A stretch of DNA of 64,000 bases from Pseudomonadales bacterium (lineage in GTDB: Bacteria; Pseudomonadota; Gammaproteobacteria; Pseudomonadales; Azotimanducaceae): NCBI GenBank assembly GCA_022825925.1, contig JAJDVW010000165.1, forward strand, positions 479-64,478, written 5' to 3'. The notes beneath the pieces are model-generated. The model was not told where the DNA came from, ran no database searches, and was given only the letters and a program-made list of their open reading frames with translations. This document shows positions 7,499 to 15,625 of the stretch, piece by piece. Made by a program: the position numbers and the translations under genes. Numbering within the stretch: position 1 is the stretch's first letter; each line of letters begins with the position of its first letter.

Positions 7499-9849
7499 TC
7501 TCCCGGGTCCTCGTGGCGAACCGCGGCGAGATCGCGGTCCGCCTGATGCGCGGCGTTGCCGAGTACGGGGCCGAGAGCGTCGCCGTCTACTCGGACGAGG
7601 ACGCCGCGGCGCTGCACGTCCGGGCCGGCGACGACGCCGTGGCGCTCGACGGGGCGGGAGCGGCGGCCTACCTCGACGGCGCCCGCCTGATCGACATCGC
7701 GCGGCGCACCGGCTGCGACGCACTGCATCCCGGCTACGGGTTCCTCAGCGAGAACGCCTCCTTCGCGGGTGCCTGCGCGGCCGCCGGCCTCGTGTTCGTC
7801 GGCCCGGACCCGAGCGTGCTCGAACGGTTCGGTGACAAGGCGGCCGCGCGGCGGGCGGCGACGGACGCCGGCGTCGCCGTACTGCCCGGTACGGACGCCG
7901 ACACGGACCTCGACACGGCGCGGGCGTTCTTCGACCACCACGGCCCCCTCATGGTCAAGGCGGTCGCCGGCGGCGGGGGACGGGGGATCCGCGCGGTCAC
8001 GGACGCCGATGCCCTGCCGGCGGCGTTCGAGCGCTGCCGCTCCGAGGCGAGCGCCGCCTTCGGCAGCGGGGCGCTGTATGTCGAGAAACTCGTGGCGCGC
8101 GCCCGCCACGTCGAAGTGCAGGTACTCGGCGACGGAGCCCATGCCGTGCACCTCGGGGAGCGGGACTGCAGCATCCAGCGGCGCAACCAGAAGCTCATCG
8201 AGTTCGCGCCCTCGCCCGGCCTGCCGGCGGCCGTGCGCGAGCGCATCTGCGACGCGGCCGTCCGTCTCGCCGAGAGCGTCGGCTACCGCAACGCGGGCAC
8301 GTTCGAGTTCCTCGTCGACTGCGATCCCCTGGACGCGGACTCCGCGTTCGCGTTCATGGAGGCGAACGCCCGTCTGCAGGTGGAGCACACGGTCACGGAG
8401 GAGGTCACCGGCGTCGACCTCGTCCTCGCCCAGCTCGAACTCGCGGCCGGCCGCTCCCTCGAGGAGATCGGTCTGGCGGACCCGCCGGCCCCGCGCGGTC
8501 ACGCGGTCCAGTTGCGCGTCAACCTCGAACGCATGACGGAGGATGGCGGCGTGCTGCCGTCCGGCGGCACGCTCACGGCATTCGATCCCTACGACTACAC
8601 CGTCCTCGCCGGCACGCAGGGCGCCCAGAACCACCGCAAGACGGACCGCCTGATCGACATCGCCGAGGGCGGGCGCATGCCGGTGGTGCTGTTCGCCGAG
8701 GGCGGCGGCGGCCGGCCCGGCGACACCGACATGGTCGGCAGCGGCGGCGGCCGCACGTTCTCGCGCTTCGCGCAGCTCTCGGCCCTCGTCCCCATGGTCG
8801 GCATCGTTTCGGGACGCTGCTTCGCCGGCAACGCGTCCCTGCTCGGCTGCTGCGACGTCATCGTCGCAACCGCCGACACCAACCTCGGCATGGGGGGACC
8901 CGCCATGATCGAGGGCGGCGGTCTCGGCGTGTTCGCGCCGGAGGACATCGGGCCCATGGCGGTCCAGCGCCCCAACGGCGTCGTCGATCTCGCCGTCGCC
9001 GACGAGGCGGGCGCCGTGGCCGCCGCGAAGCGCTACCTGGCCTACTTCCAGGGAGCGCTACCCGAGTGGACCGCGCCGGATCAGAGGCGGATGCGGCGCA
9101 TCGTTCCGGAGAACCGCCTGCGGGTGTACGAGATCCGGGAGGTCATCGAGACCCTGGCCGACGCCGGCTCCGTGCTCGAGCTGCGCAGGGACTTCGGCGA
9201 CGGCATGGTCACGGCGCTCGTCCGGATCGAGGGCCGCAGCGTCGGCGTGATCGCCAACAACCCGAAGCACCTCGGCGGCGCCATCGACTCGGACGGGGCG
9301 GACAAGGGCGCCCGCTTCATGCAGGTCTGCGACGCGTTCGACATCCCGATCCTGTACCTCTGCGACACCCCGGGGATCATGGTCGGGCCCGAGATCGAGC
9401 ACACGGCGCTCGTGCGCCACTCGAGCCGCATGTTCGTCGTCGGCGCGAACCTCTCCGTGCCGTTCTTCACCGTGATCGTGCGCAAGGCCTACGGCCTCGG
9501 CGCCATCGCGATGGCGGGCGGGTCGTACAAGGCGCCGTTCTTCTCCGTCGCGTGGCCCACCGGCGAGTTCGGCGGCATGGGCCTCGAGGGCTCCGTGAAG
9601 CTCGGCTTCCGCAAGGACCTCGAGGCCATCGAGGACCCGGAGGAGCGGCGCAAGGCCTACGAGACCATGGTGGCCCGTGCCTACGAGCAGGGGAAGGCCC
9701 TCAACCAGGCCTCCCACTTCGGCATCGACGACACCATCGACCCGGCGGACACCCGCTGGTGGCTCGCGAACCTCCTCGCCTCCATTCGCTCCACACCTCG
9801 CTCCACGCCGCGCAGCGGCAAGAAACGCCCGGCGATCGACGCGTGGTGA
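7495..9849 (+). CDS. Biotin carboxylase (N-terminal plus ATP-grasp domains) fused directly to an acyl-CoA carboxyltransferase domain, with no BCCP domain
   Basis: The GTG at 7495 overlaps the upstream TGA. Biotin-carboxylase motifs: RVLVANRGEIAVR, HPGYGFLSENA, MVKAVAGGGGRGIR, ERDCSIQRRNQKLIE, NARLQVEHTVTE. After ...LPSGGTLTAFDP the sequence switches to carboxyltransferase motifs (YDYTVLAGTQG, FAEGGGGRPGD, ...GIDDTIDPADTR). There is no AMKM biotinylation motif anywhere. Confidence 0.85.
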   Translation: MISRVLVANRGEIAVRLMRGVAEYGAESVAVYSDEDAAALHVRAGDDAVALDGAGAAAYLDGARLIDIARRTGCDALHPGYGFLSENASFAGACAAAGLVFVGPDPSVLERFGDKAAARRAATDAGVAVLPGTDADTDLDTARAFFDHHGPLMVKAVAGGGGRGIRAVTDADALPAAFERCRSEASAAFGSGALYVEKLVARARHVEVQVLGDGAHAVHLGERDCSIQRRNQKLIEFAPSPGLPAAVRERICDAAVRLAESVGYRNAGTFEFLVDCDPLDADSAFAFMEANARLQVEHTVTEEVTGVDLVLAQLELAAGRSLEEIGLADPPAPRGHAVQLRVNLERMTEDGGVLPSGGTLTAFDPYDYTVLAGTQGAQNHRKTDRLIDIAEGGRMPVVLFAEGGGGRPGDTDMVGSGGGRTFSRFAQLSALVPMVGIVSGRCFAGNASLLGCCDVIVATADTNLGMGGPAMIEGGGLGVFAPEDIGPMAVQRPNGVVDLAVADEAGAVAAAKRYLAYFQGALPEWTAPDQRRMRRIVPENRLRVYEIREVIETLADAGSVLELRRDFGDGMVTALVRIEGRSVGVIANNPKHLGGAIDSDGADKGARFMQVCDAFDIPILYLCDTPGIMVGPEIEHTALVRHSSRMFVVGANLSVPFFTVIVRKAYGLGAIAMAGGSYKAPFFSVAWPTGEFGGMGLEGSVKLGFRKDLEAIEDPEERRKAYETMVARAYEQGKALNQASHFGIDDTIDPADTRWWLANLLASIRSTPRSTPRSGKKRPAIDAW

Positions 9850-12308
9850 GCGGCGCGGACACCCCGGCGCTGGCCGGCCTGCGCGTGCTCGATCTATCGG
9901 GCACGGTCGCGACCGGCTACTGCGGCAAGCTGTTCGCCGACCACGGCGCGGAAGTGATCGACATCGAGCCGCCGGGGCGGGGGTTCCCGACGCGGCAACT
10001 CCCGCCCTTCGTCCCTGGCGTGGAGCCGCCGGAAGACAGCGCGTTGCACGCCTGGCTCAGCGCCAACAAGCAGAGCGTGGAAGCCGACCTCGGGACCGCC
10101 GAGGGTCGCGCTGGCGTGCTCCGGCTTGCGCGCGGCGCCGACCTCGTTCTCGAGGGGGAGAAACCGGGGACCCTGCAGTCGCTCGGTCTCGACCTCCCGG
10201 CATTCGCGGCCGTGTCCCCCGACATCGTCTTGGTCTCCGTCACCTGGTTCGGGCAGTCCGGTCCCTACCGGGACTACGCGGGCTCGGACAACGTGGTGCA
10301 GGCGCTGGTCGGGCTGGTGCGCGGCATCGGCGAGCCGGACGGCGCCCCCTGCACGCCTTCCGGCCACCACGCGCAGATCATCGCCGGACTGACGGCCTAC
10401 ATCGGCGCGCTCGGCCAGGCGGTCGCGCGCGAGGCGGGCAACGCCGCCGGACCCGCGCACCTCGACGCCAGCATCCTCGAGGCGAACGTGTGCTTCACCG
10501 ACGTCGGCGCGGTCGCCGGGCACGGCGGGCGCGTCGGCCCGGGGCGGCGCCTGGGCGTGAACCGGTTCCCGCCGACGTATCCGCTCGGCATCTTCGCCTG
10601 CCGCGACGGCTGGTTGGGCGTCACCGCATTGACGCCCGCGCAATGGCACGCGTTCTGCCGGCTCGTCGGCATCGAGCACCTCGCGGACGAGCCGCGCTAC
10701 CAGACCAGTGCGGGACGCCTGCGGGACGCCGACCTGATGGAGCCCCTGATCGTCGAACGGGTCGCGGACCGCTCGGCGCGGGAACTCTTCGAACGCGGCC
10801 AGGAGATGCGTATCCCGCTCGCGTTCGTGCCGACGATGGAGCAGGTCTTCGAAGTCGACCAGTTCGTGGAGCGCGGCGCATTCGCACCGATCAGACACCC
10901 CGACCAGGGCGCCTATCCGGCCCCCGTCACGCCGTTCCGGCTGTTCGGCACGCCCGGGGCCGCCGGTGGCGCCGCGCCGCGGCTCGGGGCTTCGACGCGG
11001 AAGCTGCTCGACGGCGACGGGGAGCGGACCAACGCCGACCCGCCACGGCGGCGACAGGGAGGCACCCCGCCCAGGCCGGGAGTGCGCGAGCGCCTCCTGG
11101 CCGGGGTCCGCGTCGTCGACCTCTCGATGGGCTGGGCCGGACCGCTTGCCGCCCGGCACCTGGCGGACATGGGCGCGGAAGTCATCAAGGTGGAGAGCTG
11201 CGCGCGCTTCGACTGGTGGCGCGGGTGGGAGGCCACCCGGAAGTGGATCGACGGGGGCGGCGCCGAGAAATCCGTGGCGTTCAACACGGTGAACCGCAAC
11301 AAGCGGGGGATCACCCTCGATCTCGCGAAGCCCCGCGGCAACGCGCTCCTGAAGCGCCTCGTGGCCGAGTCCGACGTCGTGGTCGAGAACTACTCCGCGG
11401 GAGTACTGCCGAAACTGGGGCTCTCCTACGAAGTCCTGCGGGAGGTCAACCCGCAACTCGTCATGATCTCGATGCCCGCGTTCGGCACGAACGGTCCCTG
11501 GCGCGGGTATCGGGCCTACGGCTCCACCGTCGAACAGGCCTCCGGCATCCCGCACCTGTCCGGGCGCCCGGAATGGAAGCCGACCATGGTCCACGTCGCG
11601 TACGGCGACGCCACCGGCGGCCTGAACGGCGCCGCCGCGCTCGTCACGGCGTTGCGGCACAGGCACCGCACCGGGGAAGGCCAGTACCTGGACCTGTCCC
11701 AGGCGGAGTGCCTGTTCCCCCTGGGTGTGCACGGCATCCTCGCCCAGTCGGCGACCGGGTCGCCCCCGGAACGCCTGGGGAACCGGTCTTCGATGCACGC
11801 GCCCCACGGCGTGTTTCCCTGCGCCGGAGACGACGAGTGGATCGTGATCCAGGTCCTGAACGAGGGACAGTGGGCCGGGCTACGGTCACTCGTCGGCGCC
11901 GGGCTCACCGGCTTCGCCGGCATCGAGGACCGTCTGCGCCGCGTGGATGCCCTCGAAGACGCGCTGTCCGCGTGGACGCGGTCGCACGAGCCGCGGGCAC
12001 TGATGGCCCTCCTGCAGGACCACGGCATCCCGGCCGGTCATGTCCGCGCGGCCCTCGAACTCGTCACCGACCCCCAACTGGCCGCGCGGGAGTTCTGGCC
12101 GGTGCTGGAGCGAGACCATGTCGGAGCGCAGCCGCATCCGTCGCCGCCCTACCGGACGGCCTCGGCCCCGTTCGGCATCGAGCGGCCCGCACCGACCCTC
12201 GGCCAGCACAACCACGAGGTGCTCACCACGCTCCTCGGGCTCGACGACGCCGCAATCGCCGCGCTCGAAGGCGCAGGGATCATCGGAACGAAACCCGTCC
12301 TCGAATGA
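9843..12308 (+). CDS. Tandem (two-module) family III CaiB/BaiF-type CoA-transferase
   Basis: The start GTG(GTG) overlaps the upstream TGA (GTGGTGA at 9843-9849). There are two complete CaiB-like modules. One starts at LAGLRVLDLSGTVATGYCGKLFADHGAEVIDIE and the other at LAGVRVVDLSMGWAGPLAARHLADMGAEVIKVE. Confidence 0.85.
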   Translation: MVSGADTPALAGLRVLDLSGTVATGYCGKLFADHGAEVIDIEPPGRGFPTRQLPPFVPGVEPPEDSALHAWLSANKQSVEADLGTAEGRAGVLRLARGADLVLEGEKPGTLQSLGLDLPAFAAVSPDIVLVSVTWFGQSGPYRDYAGSDNVVQALVGLVRGIGEPDGAPCTPSGHHAQIIAGLTAYIGALGQAVAREAGNAAGPAHLDASILEANVCFTDVGAVAGHGGRVGPGRRLGVNRFPPTYPLGIFACRDGWLGVTALTPAQWHAFCRLVGIEHLADEPRYQTSAGRLRDADLMEPLIVERVADRSARELFERGQEMRIPLAFVPTMEQVFEVDQFVERGAFAPIRHPDQGAYPAPVTPFRLFGTPGAAGGAAPRLGASTRKLLDGDGERTNADPPRRRQGGTPPRPGVRERLLAGVRVVDLSMGWAGPLAARHLADMGAEVIKVESCARFDWWRGWEATRKWIDGGGAEKSVAFNTVNRNKRGITLDLAKPRGNALLKRLVAESDVVVENYSAGVLPKLGLSYEVLREVNPQLVMISMPAFGTNGPWRGYRAYGSTVEQASGIPHLSGRPEWKPTMVHVAYGDATGGLNGAAALVTALRHRHRTGEGQYLDLSQAECLFPLGVHGILAQSATGSPPERLGNRSSMHAPHGVFPCAGDDEWIVIQVLNEGQWAGLRSLVGAGLTGFAGIEDRLRRVDALEDALSAWTRSHEPRALMALLQDHGIPAGHVRAALELVTDPQLAAREFWPVLERDHVGAQPHPSPPYRTASAPFGIERPAPTLGQHNHEVLTTLLGLDDAAIAALEGAGIIGTKPVLE

Positions 12309-12311
12309 GGG

Positions 12312-14456
12312 CTACCGGGCCGCCGGCGGTTCGAGGTCAATGAGTCGATGACGCGGTCCACGCAGGTGGTCCTCGGCCCATCGGCGCACATCGGCGTCGT
12401 GGGTGAACAGGATCACCTGGGTCTCCCCGGCAATGGCCAGCAGGGTGTCGAGTACGGCCACCGCACGCGTCGCGTCGCATCCGCTCAGGGCATCGTCCAG
12501 CAGGAGGGGACAGGCTTCCTGCGGCTTCGTGAGGTGCCGCGCGAGCGCCAGCCGCAGCAGCAGGTATACCTGCTCGGCGGTGCCGTGGGAGAGGAGGTCG
12601 GCGCTCCGGAAGCGTCCGTCGGGCCCCTGCACTTCCACCGCGAGGGACGCTGGGTCGACGCGGCAGTCCACGTAACGCCCACCCGTCACCCCGGGCAGCC
12701 AGGCGAGCACCGTCTCGCGCAGCACCTGGGCGACATCGCGGTGCACCCGGAGCTCCGCGGCCGCGAGAAAGTCCATCGTCGTCGCGAGGGTCGCGTCGAG
12801 GCGCTCGATCTCGCCCTGGCGGCGCTCGGCCTGGGCGAGGCGCTCCTCCGCGTCCGCCACGTCCGGCAGGTTGCGCTCCCGCTCCTCCAGCGCGCCGAGT
12901 TCCCGCTCCAGGGCCTCCCGCTGCCGTCGTTCGAGCCGTTCGAGTGACTCCGCCGTGTCTCCCGGGTCCGCCGCTCCCGACACGACTCCGTGTGCCGCCG
13001 CTTCCGCCTGCAGCCGCTCGGTCGCAGCGGTCCACTCCTCGAGCGTCCGGTCCTCCAGCAGTCGCCGCAACTCGGACCACGCCGACTGCTCCTCCTCGTA
13101 CCGCCCGAGCCGGCGGTGGCGGCGGGCCTGCCAGTCGTACAGGCCATCCAAGAGCGCCGCCGGCGGCCCGCCCTCGAGTCCGGCATCCGCCGCGGCGCGC
13201 CGCAGCACGCTCTCCGCCTCTTCCAGGCGACGCTGCGCCCGCGCGAACTCCTCTTCCTCCTTTCGACGCCGCGGAAGCTCCGCGGCGATTCCGGCGCGGC
13301 CCGCCTCCAGCGGCCGTATCCGGCCGGCGCCCCGCCAGACGAACGCCCACGCCAGCATCCCGAGACCCAGGACCGCGACCGGCCAGCCGAGCATGACGGA
13401 GTAGCCGGCGCCCGTGGCAAGCCCCGCGACGATGCCGATCCCGCCGGCGCCCGACAGCCAGGCCCGCATGCCGCGCACGCGCTCCGCAACGGTATCGAGT
13501 CTCGCCTCCACGTCGGCCAGGCGCCCTTCGAGTTCCTCGACATCCTCCCCCGCGAGCGGCTTCGGCATCGGTTGCGCCTCCCAGGTCGCGACGGCAACCG
13601 CCACGCGGTCCGCGAGTTCCGGGTCGTCGAAGAGGCGGGGCTGTCCCGACTCGAAACGCCGCGACAGTGCACGGATGCGCGCCAGTCTCTCTCCGGACTC
13701 GTGCGCCCTGACCGCGAGCAGTCGCGCCCGCGTGGCTCGCAGCATCTCTTCGCGCGCGGTGAGCTGGGCGCGTTTGCGCTGGTACGCATCACGAGCACCG
13801 CGGGCACCGTCGAGTTCCCCGCGCGCCGCCTCGACCTCGTGACGCGATTGCACGAGCGGTCTCGTCCGCGCGCGCTCGGAGCCTACATGCTCGCTCCGGA
13901 AACCTTTCAGGGTCGCCAGTGCCCGAGCCGCCGTCGCGTCCGCGCCCGCCGTGGCGGCAGCGGCCTGCAACGCGCCCTGCAGGGCTCCGGCGTCCTCGCG
14001 GACGGCGAGCATCTGGGCCTGCCGGACGCATGCCGTGTGCAGGAACGAGCGGCGATCAAGACCCAGCCAGCGTGAGCCGTCGGGCGCGCCTTCGAAGACG
14101 ATCTCGTTCGAGTAGTCCCGCCCCGCCAGTTCCGCGTCCCGCGCGCTGCTGTCGACCCCCCCGGCAAGGTCGTGGCGCAACGCGACGCGGCGCCCGTCCG
14201 CCAGCGCCAGCCGGACGCCGACCTCCCAGGCGCCGTTGGCGTCCCAGGGACGGTGGCGTTGCTCGAACCGGGCATCCGCCCTGATGGCCCTTCCCTTGCC
14301 GCGCCGGATGCCGCACAGCCCCGCGTAAAGGGCCGCATGCCAGGTCGACTTGCCCGCCTCGTTGGGGCCGAACACGACGTTCAGGCCGGGGACCAGGGCA
14401 AGCGATGCGTCCCGGAACGGGCCGAACGCGTATGCCTCGACGGATTCGAACCGCAT
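12312..14456 (-). CDS. SbcC/Rad50-like AAA ATPase with central transmembrane hairpin (YhaN-like)
   Basis: The ATG at 14456 overlaps the upstream stop by 1 nt. Features: Walker A GPNEAGKST, a long coiled-coil-like Arg/Glu/Ala region, two hydrophobic helices (GIGIVAGLATGAGYSVMLGWPVAVLGLGMLAWAFVW), signature LSHGTAEQ and Walker B LLLDDALSGCD. Confidence 0.8.
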   Translation of the reverse strand: MRFESVEAYAFGPFRDASLALVPGLNVVFGPNEAGKSTWHAALYAGLCGIRRGKGRAIRADARFEQRHRPWDANGAWEVGVRLALADGRRVALRHDLAGGVDSSARDAELAGRDYSNEIVFEGAPDGSRWLGLDRRSFLHTACVRQAQMLAVREDAGALQGALQAAAATAGADATAARALATLKGFRSEHVGSERARTRPLVQSRHEVEAARGELDGARGARDAYQRKRAQLTAREEMLRATRARLLAVRAHESGERLARIRALSRRFESGQPRLFDDPELADRVAVAVATWEAQPMPKPLAGEDVEELEGRLADVEARLDTVAERVRGMRAWLSGAGGIGIVAGLATGAGYSVMLGWPVAVLGLGMLAWAFVWRGAGRIRPLEAGRAGIAAELPRRRKEEEEFARAQRRLEEAESVLRRAAADAGLEGGPPAALLDGLYDWQARRHRRLGRYEEEQSAWSELRRLLEDRTLEEWTAATERLQAEAAAHGVVSGAADPGDTAESLERLERRQREALERELGALEERERNLPDVADAEERLAQAERRQGEIERLDATLATTMDFLAAAELRVHRDVAQVLRETVLAWLPGVTGGRYVDCRVDPASLAVEVQGPDGRFRSADLLSHGTAEQVYLLLRLALARHLTKPQEACPLLLDDALSGCDATRAVAVLDTLLAIAGETQVILFTHDADVRRWAEDHLRGPRHRLIDLEPPAAR

Positions 14457-15583
14457 CAGAGCACGTCGAGATCGTCGCGACCGTCGAGGGCGCGCAGGCC
14501 CGCGATCAGCACGCGCCGTTGCTCGTCCTCCGGCAGGTCCGAGTCGAGCACATCGCCCACGAACGCTCCGCGGACGGTGTGCTCCTCGCGAATCGCGGCC
14601 AGGTCGTAACCGGAGCGCAGGTCTCCCAGCCGCACCTGCACGGCGTCGAACGTCCCGAGCAGGACATGGCGCAGATCGTCCTCGCGCAGGTCCACTTCCG
14701 GCGCAAGCTCCCCGCCCACCGTGAGCCGCGCGATCCCCGAGCGCCCGCCCGCCAGCCCCTGCAGCCGGTCCCGGATCTCCTGACTCGAGCCGCACCCGCC
14801 GACATCGAGGACCAGGTCGTGTACGTCTGTCTGCGCCACGACGCGGCGTTCGCGGGTGACCGAGCCGTCCGCCGCGACCCGCGCGACCACGGCCCCGCGC
14901 AGCCCGTCTTCCCCGAAGGCGAGGGGATCCGGATTGCCGGGATAGGTATGGCGTTCCGCGTCCCTGGGCCGATGGTAGTGCCCCAGGAAGGCGTGCGAGA
15001 GACCTGCCGCTTCGATGGCCTCGGCATTGAAGGCGGCGTGGGGCTCCTTGCCCGCGCCCTGTTCCGAGAACCAGGAGCGTTCGGCGCCGTGGAACAGCGC
15101 GATGTGGGCTTCCGGTCCGTCCGCCCGGAAGCCCTCCAGGAAATCGTCCGTGTTGGCGGGGGCGAGATGCGCGCCGCCCCAGAGCGTCAGCCCCGCCCGC
15201 AGCGGCACCGGCACGAGTCGCGGTTCCCGGAAGACATGCACGTTCGGGCTCCAGTCGTTCCGCGCGTAGACGCTCTCTGGCCCGTACCAGTCGTGGTTGC
15301 CGGGCGCGATGTAGACGGGAAGGGGGTCGAGGCTCTGAAACGTTGCGCGAAGGAACTCCGCGGTGTCGCGCGTCACCCGGTCGTGTTCGTAAAGGTCGCC
15401 GCCGCAGAAGAGTGCATCCGCGTCCGCTTCGCGCGCTAGCGCGGCGATCCGGACCAGCACGTCGCGCAGCGACTGTCGCCGCTGCCGCGCGACGGCGCTC
15501 GTCGCCCCCGCCCACGCCAAGCTCGCGTCGAGGTGGAGATCGGCGAAGTGGACGATTCGGGTCGCGGGCGGCGTGGCTGCCAT
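14456..15583 (-). CDS. SbcD/Mre11-like metallophosphoesterase (YhaO-like)
   Basis: Calcineurin-like motifs are present: IVHFADLHLD, GGDLYEH, APGNHD. Confidence 0.85.
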   Translation of the reverse strand: MAATPPATRIVHFADLHLDASLAWAGATSAVARQRRQSLRDVLVRIAALAREADADALFCGGDLYEHDRVTRDTAEFLRATFQSLDPLPVYIAPGNHDWYGPESVYARNDWSPNVHVFREPRLVPVPLRAGLTLWGGAHLAPANTDDFLEGFRADGPEAHIALFHGAERSWFSEQGAGKEPHAAFNAEAIEAAGLSHAFLGHYHRPRDAERHTYPGNPDPLAFGEDGLRGAVVARVAADGSVTRERRVVAQTDVHDLVLDVGGCGSSQEIRDRLQGLAGGRSGIARLTVGGELAPEVDLREDDLRHVLLGTFDAVQVRLGDLRSGYDLAAIREEHTVRGAFVGDVLDSDLPEDEQRRVLIAGLRALDGRDDLDVL

Positions 15584-15625
15584 CGGGCCGTCATTATGCG
15601 CCGAGGCGCGCCCGGGTTCAGCACG

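Noticed and set aside
14457-15515. The N-terminal 350-residue extension of the 1067-aa ORF (12312-15515).
   Set aside because: The extension is Arg/Gly/Pro-rich and overlaps the SbcD-like gene in another frame. The ATPase N-terminus with Walker A begins at the ATG at 14456, which overlaps the SbcD-like stop.
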